Source of the DNA: Lama glama
Taxonomy: Eukaryota
Reading direction: 5' to 3'
NCBI GenBank assembly: GCA_028534125.1
Contig: CM052818.1
Span: 41,294,001-41,358,000 of the forward strand
Length of the DNA: 64,000 nt
Shown here: positions 25,461 to 37,170 of the stretch, piece by piece
Layout of the letters: each line of letters starts with the position of its first letter
How positions within the stretch are numbered: position 1 is the stretch's first letter
Position numbers and translations under genes: made by a program
Notes under the pieces: generated by a model
What the model was told of the DNA's origin: nothing
Databases searched by the model: none
Seen by the model: the letters and a program-made list of their open reading frames with translations, nothing else

Positions 25461-27031
25461 AGTTTTCTATATCCTTTCTCATTTCATTTCTGTTTACTTT
25501 TTCTTCCATTTTTAATCTACTTATTTTATATAATATTTAGTGTAAGGACATTCTATGTCTGTTGCTACTAAACTCCAAATTTCATCACCATCAGTACTGT
25601 CTATTATATACCTCTCTAACCTGCACTCAGAACATAACTGCTAGTCAGCCATTTTTATTTCTCTGTGATATTCTCATATAGGTCTCTTCCTTGAAATTTA
25701 CATTTAAGCTTAATTTCTCACTAAAACTCTGTTCCTTAATAAAAGAATTTCAGGTTTCAGGAGGCATGTCAGAAAGAGTTTGATTGGCTGTTATTATCCA
25801 AAATCAAATAAACAGAACACATTTCTATCTCTTCTTCTCAGCAGTGATGTTAGCCAGTATTTTCTTGCTTTCTTAGCCTTTCCATCTAACTCAGGCTCTC
25901 ATAAAGTAAAAAAAAGCTATGATCTTGTCTGAAAAAGAGACTGAAGCCTCAGTGAGTGAGTAGAGATTTGGTGGATCCTGAGATTCATGAAAAAATTTTC
26001 TAGCCAAGGCTACATGTTCCATCCTCTCTATGAAAGAGGAAGCTGGAGACTCACTATTTTGGTGGAATCCATTTTCCTTTCTAACCATCATCATTTAGTG
26101 TCTTTTGTCAGCTGTTTAGACTGTAGTACATCCTGCCAATTTTTCTGGTCATAAAAAAAAATCATTTTCTCTTTACTGCCCTCTTTGAATTGTGTTGAGA
26201 TCTGGAGATTATAAATTCAACATTGGCATGAAATAAGTAAGTCTGAGATGGTTATCACTAGAGCTCTTTCTACTCAGGAAAGGAGTCTTTGAAGCTATTG
26301 TCTTCACTGTTTCAAGGAATTGCAAACTTTAGCGTCTCTGTGCTGTGGCAAAGAGGGAGTGAGGATATTCTCAGAGGCTGCCCCACCCCTTTCAGAGTTG
26401 AATGTCCATTTCCAGCATCCCCAGTCTGAGTCCTTGTACCTCAATGTTCAGGACTCTAACCACCAAGTCCAGGTCTCACCTTTTACTATTTGCAAGTAGT
26501 TTGCTGCTTATGTGGAGCAACTCCTTTTATGAAGAATGTCAAGGACTGAGCACTCCCTGGTCCTTTCAGCATGCCCAAGCTGGGTGGAAGTGGTAACATT
26601 TTCCTTATGAGCCTAGGAGACTCTCATGTGGACGATGTGGCTAAAAATAAGTTAAACAAAGGACTGTGAAGAGTGGAGCTTCAAAATAAAACATTAGGGA
26701 GCCACTTATACACTCACCCCAGCCTCTAGGTTCTTCTCTCCCATTTTATCTGCTTTTCTATGATTGCCACCTTGAAGGTTTCATCCAACTCTCAGTCTCC
26801 AAACTCCCAACACTGTGCCATGCACAGGGGAGATGCTCCATATAGGCTGAAATATGTAGAAGCAGGGAAAATCAGATACGGTCATTTCTTCTGGGTTCCA
26901 TGAAATCCCAGATCTTATTTTGTCACTATCCTCATTAAAAATCTCATTTTTTCTGTCTTCCTTATAAAAGTTTGGGTTTTTTGGCTTAACAATCAACCCA
27001 TATATAATCTTGCCCCACTAAGGCTTTTCAG

Positions 27032-27440
27032 ATGTCTTAGCTCAGGTTTATCATAACCATTGACCAAGGGGTTTAAACAACAAACGTTTATTTCTCACAG
27101 CTCTGGAGGCCAGGAAGTCCAAGATCAGGGCACCACAGGCAGACTTTATTCTGGGACCTCTTCTCTTGCCTTGTGTGTGGCTACCATCTCACTGTGTACT
27201 CAGATGAACTTTTCTTTGTGGAGAGAGAGAGAGAGAAGGAGAAAGAAAGAAAGAGTGAGTGGCAACTCCTCCCTGGTGTCTTTTCTCACAAAGGCACTAA
27301 TCCCGCCTTAGAGGCCCCACTCTCATGACCTCGTTTAACCTCAATTACCTTGCACAGGCCTCATCTCCAAATACCATCATATTGGAGGGTAGGGCTTTAA
27401 CCTATAAATTTGGGGGTACACAACACATAGTTAACATACA
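27032..27440 (-). mobile_element. MaLR solo LTR (MLT1A-like)
   Basis: 'tttatttctcacagctctggaggccaggaagtccaagatcaggg', 'catctccaaataccatcatattggagggtagggcttt'. Confidence 0.9.
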
Positions 27441-28589
27441 GGCTAACAATATTCCTCTCCACCACCCTTTGTATTTTTCATGATCACTTTGGCAAGCCAG
27501 TTCGTCTCCCTGAGAGCAATTACGTTGGTCTTCACAGCAGTGACAAGGCCATGCAGTGGTTGTGGTTGGGAACAGAACAAATATGCAGAAGCCAAGAAGT
27601 CAGGGCCTTGCAGAGGGACTTGGAACAGAGACCAGTTTGAGCCTGTGAGGTTGTGTTTTCACTTCCCTCCTGCTGCTTAGGACCAAGTCTCAGATGTATA
27701 GAAAGAGCTGATTCCTCCCTAGAGCTGTGATAATTAATGTCCTGTCTGCTAATTACAGAATGAGGGCTTGGCCAGCCTCTTTCTCAGTAATATTACCTGG
27801 CAGCCTTCCAAGACTTCTAGTGTCACAAACTAAGGTCCACGCAGTCCTGTAACTGAGGGCAAACCATGCAAGGCAGGCGTGTACCTGGTGGCTATTCGTA
27901 GGATGCCCACTCTTAGACGACCCTCTCCTTCACAAAAAGGCCTGTGTCTTTCTCTTTAATATCAAGTTGCAGTGAAACAAGCACAGAGTTTGAGCTCAGG
28001 CGGTTCATACCCCCAACCCCAGCAATCAAAAATTATGCAATATTTGACAAATTAATTTAGTCCTCTAAGTCCCAGTACTATCTTCTATAAACACAGGGAA
28101 ATCATATCTAACAAATGAAATAATGTATTTTAAGCGTTTGGTCTGCAGCAGCAAATCCATGGCAAGGAAAAATGGTTGGGAACTTTTTAATCCCTGTCTT
28201 TTTGTCATTCTCACATTGTCTTGTAAAAAATGAGTATACAGTAAATATTTGTTGAATGATGAGCAATGGGATTAGAGCAGGGACAGCAGTATAACAAGAA
28301 CTAAATTGAGACTCCAAACTCACAGTTGCTGAAAAATACCTTTATTTTTTCCCACCCACGTATTTTGGTTACAAGTCAGTTTCTCTCCTGGCTGCAAAGC
28401 AGCATCTAAGAGGCTGCGTATCTCTTCTCTTCACTTTAAAGGAAGAGATCTTTTGAGTGTGAGCTAGATTATCCTGTTCCCCCTCTCACCTTCACAATTT
28501 CAAAGGCTCCAAAGGAACTTGTCAGTGAGATCTCATAACAGTAACTGGGCTGGTTTCATATTTCAGGGATGAATGGATGCTGAAAGGAA

Positions 28590-28920
28590 TGCAAGCAATT
28601 TTTGTGGAGCACATATTATTATGTTGCCTGTTCTGTTGTAGGCATGGAGAATGAAAGATAGATAAGACTTGGCACCTGCTCTGTAGAATCTCACAGTTTG
28701 CAGTGAGACAGTTACAGATACGAAATAAAGTGCAGTGTGCTGTGACAGAGATACATATAAAGTTCAGAGCCAGCAGACAGAAGAGTTGTAACCACCTGGG
28801 GCTAGAAAGGTGGGCAGAAGACGCCTCAGAGAAGAGATCGCCTTTGAGATAAGCCTGGCAGGATAAAGATGAACTTAACAGGGAGAAGCAAGGGCTACAG
28901 CTTGGACGAAGGCACAAAGG
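28590..28920 (-). mobile_element. L2 3' end
   Basis: 'gataagacttggcacctgctctgtagaatctcacagt', 'aataaagtgcagtgtgctgtgacagagatacat'. Confidence 0.75.
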
Positions 28921-31120
28921 TTTCCTCTCATTTGAGAGGTTTTTCGGGAATGAGCAGAGATAGGAGGAGGAGAGAAGATTTATTTTTAAAGTAATGCTAA
29001 CCCAACCAGCTGTTCTTGACCGAAGAAAACTCTGTAATCATTATAAAGGTGCTACTTGGAGCAGGGTTCAAACCCTATGCATGTATTTAGCTTTCTGGAT
29101 CCTCCTGTTTTCTCAGACAGGCTTCAGATCCTCGGATCGAAGAGGAGATTTTAACATCTCATGAGCTCTTCAAAATGGGCCCTTCTAAAGTGATTATATG
29201 CAAATCAAAGGCCCTGAGGATTGTCAGTGGTTCTACCAAGAAACTCAGTGTGAGACCTTGAACTGATTATTTAGCCTCTCTGGTCTTCTGGTCCCAGAAC
29301 AGAAACTGAGAAAACAAATTAAGACGTTTGCCAAATCTTTCCAGTCTAAGATTTTATATGAATACATATAGAAGATGTATTAACATGGGGGAACTTCTTA
29401 AATTTGGACTAACTGAAGAGAGGATATTTTGAATTAGTAAAAACCCTGGGCACAACATGTAGCGAAGTCTTACTGCTTTCAAGTACTCCCAGGAATTCCA
29501 AAAAGGCTAAACACGTAAACAAGTGCTTTCATTTGTAGATTAGCCCTGATTTTTAAACTCGGTTATTCGTACATTGAAAAATATGAATCTGTTTGACATG
29601 TGCTAGATTCTTCAAATAAATTAAATCTCCAACAACAACAAAACCATGTTCATTGGCTGAGCTAACTCCATTTTTATAAAAGATCCAAAGGACAATCCTT
29701 TCCCTAAATATTGTGGTTTTTAAATTAACAGGTTATATTGTTCAGTTGCCATAGGCAATTTTAGAAAGTCTTACCCAACAACATGAAACAATGGGTAGAC
29801 TTAAGTGTCTGGTGAAGAAGAGAGTGTGCTTGAAGACTCATGCTCTCTCCCTTAAAATGGAGATAGGACTCAGACTACTCTAAACCCTCTGAATTAGTGG
29901 TATATGTGACTGACAATCCTCCAAGGACTGTTTTCACAGTTACTGTAAACTCTCTGTTCTATACTTTTGACTTGCTGTTTAAGCTGGGGGCAGTAGTGGC
30001 TATTGCGTTATTTTTATCCAACATAAATGCAGCTCCAGAACTTTGAAACTGACTTAGTTCTGCAGTGCTGTGTTTTCTTTAAACTAAGGTTTCTGTGTTT
30101 CCTCTGTGTTCTTCTTTGATAGGAGGACATAGCTTAGTGTTCCCTTTTACCTGCTGATTAGCTATTTTTGAGGGAGAAATCAAATTGACAACATAAAAAA
30201 AGTATGACTCCTAAAAGCTCATAACTCCTACCAGCTGATGAGATGAGAGCTCTCTCTGTTCTTTATCCATCAGGGAAAGCACATTTTTCCAACAGCTTCC
30301 AGGAATCAGACTGGATAAGACTCAGGAAGCAAGTTTTTGCATGATCACTGGAGCTGTGATATGATATCAACCAGTCATCATTGTTGCTTCTAGAAAACTT
30401 CTATATCTGAGCCTAGATTGCAGCTGGGTTTATGTTGAGACCATAGAGGTCAAAGGGACAGAACAAAACTGAGAAAAGAAAAAGTTAAAAGCCAAAGAAA
30501 CTGGGGTAAATTTATTTATTCATCTATCTGCTTTGTGCAAGCTGTCCCTCATCTACTGTGGTTTCCATAGGATCTAGTTTATCACTTTGACATTCCTGGG
30601 CAAGTCACCTGGTAGATGAAAGAGCAGTGAAATAGGACTTCTGCTCTGGCAGCAACCTGCAGTGTGACATTGGATGGATCATGAAAATCTCTATTACTAG
30701 AAACATCAACTTCAGGAAAATGGCTGAATTATTCTGTATTGTTTCTCACGGACTAGCCAAATACATTTACCACTGGGAATTCAGCAGCAAGAATGAATCC
30801 AATGCAATTTTGCTTGAACCTCCTTACCAAAAGCTATTGGATTCAATGCAGAGTAGCGAGCCCACTTCCTTCATCATGCATTTGAGAAGACTAGAGCCCA
30901 CTGATGGAGAGAAATTGCCGAGGACTTGCAGTGAATGTGTGGCAGAGTCAGGACTAGCACCCACAACTGCTGGTTGTAATTTAGTGCCCATCCTTGTACT
31001 GTTCCCTCTAATCATCTCTTGATCTTTTCTGTGTGGTATTCAGCAGCAAAATGTAACCATTGTTCCAATCTCCTTAATCAGCTAGACTCAATGGTTCCTG
31101 CTCATCTGTGCCTTCTAAAG

Positions 31121-31423
31121 CAGAGTTTTTCCAACTTTGGTCTCTAACAGAATTATCTGAGGAACTTGGTAAAAACACAGAGGCTCAGGCTCTATCCTGC
31201 TTCTGTTTAGCTGCCCAAGTTGATTGTGATACATGTCAAAGTTTGGGAAAATTTGCTCTAAAGCAGAACTGCTCAAACTTCTATGTGCATATAAATCATG
31301 CAGGGCTCTTGTTAAAGACAGCTTGGTTTCAGGAAATCTACAAGTGGGCTAGGATTCTGTGTTTCTAACAAGCTGGTGGTACAGGGGCTGTCGGTCCCTG
31401 GAACACACTTTGATTGGCAAAGG
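31121..31423. mobile_element. Two tandem MER5-type hAT-Charlie MITEs (31121-31255 and 31264-31423)
   Basis: Both begin CAG(A)...(C)AACTT, contain MER5 internal motifs, and are bracketed by ttctaaag / ctctaaag / gcctaaat 8-mers. Confidence 0.75.
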
Positions 31424-31879
31424 GCCTAAATGTAGGCCTATGACCAGGGAAATCTGGGCTGCCAGAAAGAGTAACTGATCTCTGGGAGGTCTGGCAGCAT
31501 TTCTACTCAAAAGGAAAGAGCCCATTTTGCTTTTCAGTACTCTGCTGTGTCCTGTGATATTTTAGATATTCAAAGCTGAGCGAGATTTTTTCATCCAGTC
31601 CTGCTAGAGAGCCATGGTTGCCCATGTTGCTGTGCATCTAAACAAAGAAATTAAAGCAGGGGCAGGGTGTTTGGCGTAATCATTCATAGCCACTGTGTGA
31701 TTCATTCCTGTTTCTTCCAACAGAGCACCCTGCAAGAAACTGGGGGTTACTGGAAGAAAAAGTGAATTTCTTTCCCAAATCATAATAATTTCATTCATTC
31801 TGTGCATAGTTGGTGCCTCACAGTGTCATGAGATTTGGATGCATTTCACTCTAAACAGTAACCAATTTATGGTATACAC

Positions 31880-32030
31880 AACCTTTTATTTTGATTTTTC
31901 AAATAACCAAACTGAGACAAAGAAAGATTAAATACTGGTCCAAAGGCACATAACCACATAGTGAGTGGTAGAGCCCAGTTTCAACACCTCTACATCTACA
32001 AAGTCCATGCTCTCAACTTTCCTGCCAACA
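31880..32030 (-). mobile_element. MIR
   Basis: 'aaactgagacaaagaaagattaaatactggtccaaaggcaca...gagtggtagagcccagtttcaac'. Confidence 0.7.
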
Positions 32031-32254
32031 TGCGCCAGATTACAAAAGCTTCTCTGCACAAAGTCTGGGCATTCAGATATGCCACTGAATGAAGTACAAG
32101 TGACACTGGTCATAGGGATTCTGGAATCATTGAAAACTGCCTGTTAGCGAATAATGTGTGGTTTAAATATTGATGATGGTAAGTCTTTAAACCTTACTGA
32201 GAGTATCTGGAAGCCCCTTGAAGTCTTGACAGTGTCTGGATTTTTGTAGACAAA

Positions 32255-32440
32255 ACAAGCCTGTGTGGTGTATAGGAGGGAATGTTTAGCTAGGAGGCAG
32301 GAGACAAAGATTCTTGTCCTGACTCTGACCCTGATTTGATGATTTTGAACAAGTCATTTTCTGATCCTCAGTCCCAGTTTCTGAATCAATAAAATAATGG
32401 ATTGGGTCAGGTCATCTCAATTGTATTTTGTAACTTCATC
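32255..32440 (+). mobile_element. MIR
   Basis: 'gtcctgactctgacc...ttgaacaagtcattttctgatcctcagtcccagtttctg'. Confidence 0.7.
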
Positions 32441-32884
32441 ACTGAATGTAAAGCATCTAGTTCACCGCTGCTGAATGAAAATAAAGACATGATCAATAGA
32501 CCCATAAATTTATTACACAGCAGAGATCTGCACACCCTGATGTTGTGACCCGTTTAAGGTTGTGCAGTGACTTGGTGGCAGAACAAGGACAAGGGCCCAG
32601 GTATCCTCAGTCCTGGTGCTGTGTTTCCCCCACACCATGGCCTTGCAAGATGGTCACTGAATATTCATCTAAGTCAAAAATAGAATTACTGAAGTGCAAT
32701 GGCCTTTAATGGATAATCCTCAGAAGTGTTTTGTAAATAACAGAAAGAGTTGGATTTCCACACACACACAGAAAATAGAAATTTCTAATAAAAGTAAAAT
32801 GTAAATGGCCAACATGTATTTGATTCTCCCAGTCAGACATCATGGGAGATGGATGGGGGTGGGGAGCGGGTGAGCACTGACTCT

Positions 32885-33120
32885 GGTGACAGTGTCACTC
32901 TCCCCCTCTGTGCTTCAGTTTTTCCGTCTGACACGTGGACATGATGATAACACGTATCAGCGCAGGGTTGTGGGAAGTAGTGGGTTATTACATGGGAGCC
33001 ACTTAGCACAGCGCCTGGGAAAGTCAGGCTCAGTAAGTATTAGCTGTTATTACCCCAAGTTTACAGACGAGGTAACTGAGCCTCACAGGGGAGTTATAAG
33101 TCCAGGAACTCTTGGCCAAG
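32885..33120. mobile_element. MIR 3' half (+) joined tail-to-tail to a MIR core (-)
   Basis: 'ctctgtgcttcagtttttccgtctg...cttagcacagcgcctgg' followed by 'tttacagacgaggtaactgagcctcacagg'. Confidence 0.75.
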
Positions 33121-33126
33121 TAAATA

Positions 33127-33174
33127 GTTTTTGTTTGTTTGTTTGTTTGTTTGTTTGTTTGTTTGTTTGTTTTT
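33127..33174 (+). repeat. (GTTT)n microsatellite, about 10-11 units
   Basis: Seen directly. Confidence 0.97.
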
Positions 33175-33879
33175 AACAGACCCTTCTGCTTAGTCTTGGA
33201 ACAAGGGTTCATGAAGAAAGCATGCGGTTTGGAGCCAGAAGACTCAGGTATGAATCACTATTACGTTCTGTCCTCAGCTTGTAACACTGAGCACAGTTTT
33301 CCGATCCTTATTTGATTCACCTGTAGAAAGAGTTAACAGTGATATCTATTCCCTAAGTTGGCTCTGAGGATCAAACTGTAATGTTCTGTTACAGTCTCAG
33401 TTATTGCTGTCAGCGCTATGAACGGTCCAGCTGGCTTACAGAGTTGGGCTTGGTGAAATGAGGGTGTCCCCTGACCCACTGGCCGTGGAGGTGAGCCAGG
33501 AGAATGACCATGCCAGTGCCGCTGGGTACAGAGGATCCACCGTCACCCAGCATAGTTCTTAGTTTGAAAGTGATCTTCAAAGCCCAAGGAGAAGACAGCT
33601 CTGTGAGGCAGGGAGAGGGCCTCACACAGGCAGACAAGTTGTAAGAGACCTCTCAGCTGTTTTAAAGCAGCTCAGACCATCTGGCCTTGATGAAAGACAT
33701 CTGAGGCCTGCTTCATGGGACGACTGAATTCCTGGGGTAGATTCTTGAAGATCTGTAGACAGTAGTGGGGTCTTCAGTGAGGTCTCTAAAGTATAGAGTG
33801 ACTTTTTAATGTAAATTTGTCCAATCACCCCTTCATGGAACACTTTATAATGGCATGCAATGGTTCAAAGAATGAAGAC

Positions 33880-34385
33880 AAAGCTCTTTAATAAGGAGTA
33901 TGTGACTGACTTTTCCTACGTGGGTGAGGCCCTGCCCACCTCTCCCCTTGATGTGGTACCTTGCTTCCCTCACACCCTCCCTCCGGCCAGTCTTCTTATC
34001 ACTTCCTCCATCACAGAGTCTTGCAAATTCTGTTTCCTCTGAGACTCTCCTCTCCTCCCCTGCCTCTTCCTGGTTCGCTCCTGCATAGCCTGGACCTCTC
34101 GGGGAATCATTACTTTGGCACATCCTCAGTCATCCCCGCCCTGAGCTTTTTATTAGGCCAATTTCTTATTTTATGCTTTTTGGGTGCCACGTATCTCTCC
34201 TTTGTAGCACTTGTGGCAGGTGGAGTTTTACATGCATTTATGTGATTATTTGATTACTGTCTCTCCCCTCTAAGCAATATGAGAGCAGGGACAAATTATG
34301 TCTTTGTTCTTTATAACCCAGAAGAGTGTCTGGACATGGGAGGTGCTAAAAACAAAATTTTAAATGAACGAAATAATAAATGAAA
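33880..34385 (+). mobile_element. L2 3' end
   Basis: 'gattatttgattactgtctctccccctctaagc...gagtgtctggacatgggaggtgct...aaatgaacgaaa'. Confidence 0.7.
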
Positions 34386-35399
34386 AATGTAACTTCTTTT
34401 CAAATAGTGTGTCTAGTTGGACGAATTAAAAAATTCTAGTAAAGCATCTGATAAGGATGTTGTCATCTCCTAGAGAACAAATGGAGAAATTTACCCTCAG
34501 ATATGGTACAAATGCATTGATGTCTAACTTAGTAATGGTTACATTCAAAGCGAGTACCTTAATTTCTCCCTTGAGGTCAAACTGGAGAGAGGACTATAGC
34601 ATCTCTATCTTACACACACAGCATAGCAACAATTTGATTAAAGACACCAGGAATGCTGGCAAAATTTTGATAAGATTGATGGAAAAATCAAAATTACAAA
34701 ATGATTAATGGTCAAAATATTGAGGCAAATCTAAAAATTTGACATTGAACCTGGATAAAACCAAAGATCATTGTTTTGGGCTAAAGCAAAGATATAAACA
34801 AATAAACATTCTCCAGGTGGAGGGTAGTAAAGATGATTAGAAGATACATATGATCCACTCTTATGCTCATGATCTCTAAACTTTTTTTCTTATTATACAT
34901 TAATGTACGATAATTAAGAATATAGTAACACACTGTAAGGAAATCACTTTGAAAAGTGGTGCATGGCATGTAGTAAACATCAAAACAAGTAGAAAAGAGT
35001 AAAATATAAAAGTATTATACAGAAAGAAACAAAAACAAATTGTGAAAACTTACTGATCTTTTAGTGTGTGTGTAAATTACTATAATAAATACTGTTGAGA
35101 TTATAATTTGTAGGCTATTTCCTTCCCTGATTTTTCCAATGCAGTTTTTATCAGAGATATTTTCTTGTGCCATTGAATGTTTTTCATAAGTTTACTTTAA
35201 TGGCTTCGTGATACTCCATTGTGTGAATATGCCATAGTTTATGTCTTTCCTCATTATAATTTAGCATTTTCCTAACTCTCTATCATAAAAATGCTTTTTT
35301 ATATACTTGGGCAAACATACTTTTCTACACTTCTTTGGATGAGTCACATTAATGTAAATTCAGTAAATGTCTTTCAGATGAAACACATAGTATTTTATA

Positions 35400-35770
35400 A
35401 TTGATTGACTGTTGAAAAGTATAGGGAGAGAGAAGAGCAGAAGATGAATTCGATGACTGGGTGGAAGGTGTTCACAACCCCTAACATAGGCAAGAAAGAG
35501 CAAGTGCAGTACTGGGGGATACAGGAGAGAAAGAGTTGAAGTTTATGTATATCGAGTTTGAATTGCCTGGGGAAACATGCAAGCAAAGATATTGAGAAGC
35601 AATTAGATTTGTAAGTTTAAAACCTAGATAATATGTCTGGGCTAAAGATATGGAATTGATAATCATCAATATCATATGTATGTGGATTACATATATGTGC
35701 ATATGTATTTATGTGTGTATGCATGTGTCTGTAATTTGTGATGAGATCACCTAGAAAGAAACTACAGAAA
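35400..35770 (-). mobile_element. L2 fragment
   Basis: 'gagtttgaattgcctggggaaacatgcaag', 'tctgggctaaagatatggaattgataatcatca', 'gatgagatcacctag'. Confidence 0.75.
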
Positions 35771-35799
35771 CATTAGTGTAGTGTCTAGAATGAAGTGAA

Positions 35800-35910
35800 C
35801 CCATCAATGTGCATCGCATGGCCAGACCACAGTTAAGCTTTAGGTCCAGTGTTCAGTGCCAGGTTTAAAACAGACTTGGGTAGAGGAGCCAGATCTCTGA
35901 GCAGAGTTGT
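35800..35910 (+). mobile_element. Possible L3/CR1 LINE fragment
   Basis: 'tggccagaccacagttaagctttaggtccagtgttcagtgccaggtttaaaa' loosely follows the CR1 RT 3' motif (LVRPHLEY.VQFW.P). Confidence 0.4.
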
Positions 35911-36049
35911 CGGAATGATGCCTAATCACATACTCTGTGTCCCACTGGCCAGTGAATGAATAAGAAACTATAGAAATGACACAATGAAAAAAAGCATAAT
36001 CAAAACAATACTGGCAGCCACCAAATGAAGAAAGAGTTACCATTTCTGC

Positions 36050-37170
36050 CAACTCTTCCTTCTCAAACTACAATAAGATAAGTAGAAAGCATCAGTGAAT
36101 CCTCAAACCTAGATCAAAGGATAGGCAAGTGGTCTCATATAAGGCAGGAAAAGTGTCAAAGAAAACATCTCTATCTACTGATCAGATAGGAGGGCTGGAC
36201 AGATTTCATGGAAATCTAAGGAAATAATATAATAAATATGTGACATAAAAACATATTTTAAAATAATTAATAAATTGCAGTAGACTGAAATACGAAAGTA
36301 GAACATAGTTTCAAGAAAAACAAAGTTTGAGAAAGAGAAACTGAATCCTGTTGGGTACTTGCAGCATATAAGACTTTAAGAAAATAAATTCAAAGACAGG
36401 GTTATTACAACTTGAAGGAACATACTAAAATCTTAAACAGCCTCACAATTGATCTAATATACACATTTAAGGAAAAAGCTGACATAGGGTAATTAAATTA
36501 ATCAAACTAATAGTGTAAAGAAAACATTTGAAAAATCTGAGGAAATATAAAGAAAAAAGTGGAATGTTAAAATAATTATACAAAAATGTTAACTATGAAA
36601 AATAGAAAAAAATACATCATAAAGAAAAGAGTTATTTTGAAGTAAAGAACTCTGAAATTAAAGTGCTTAATTTTCAGATAAAATGTAACAGAAGAAATTA
36701 TGCATTTTTATTAAAAATAGATGATATTCTAGATAAGTTACTGAGTTTAATGGGCAAAGAAAAATTATTTTGTATTTAGGTAGAGCAAAACGGTCACCTA
36801 AAAATGGAGAGAACCTGGCTGGCCTCACAGTTCTCCACAACAAAATTTAGTATAAGAAGATAATGGCTCAATGTCAATATTTTGAAGAGAAGAAATCTAA
36901 TCTAGAAATACTGCATCCAGTCATGTTGCTATTTAAGTACAAAGGCAGAAATGTGCTAACATGACAGAAGTTAGGGATTACAGCTCTCACAAGCTTCTTG
37001 AATTAATGACTTGACAATCAAAGTCACCAAGAGGTAACTCAAAATAACAGACCCAACACATGAGAGAAGCCACAGCAAAAGCACCAGAAATTTATTAAAT
37101 ATAGAACAAAGACCAAAAAACAGGAGAAATTATGAATTGTAAACAGAATATACATCTTAAAAACCTTGCT
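36050..37170 (+). mobile_element. HAL1-like / L1 ORF1-derived element, decayed
   Basis: Very A-rich; 'ggctggcctcacagttctccacaacaa', 'ccagtcatgttgctatttaagtacaaaggca' correspond to the ORF1p C-terminal RLASDFS...YPAKL.FKYKG region; no ORF2 follows. Confidence 0.7.

Noticed and set aside
28522..28917. 131-aa minus-strand ORF
   Set aside because: Lies within a decayed L2 3' end; no protein similarity
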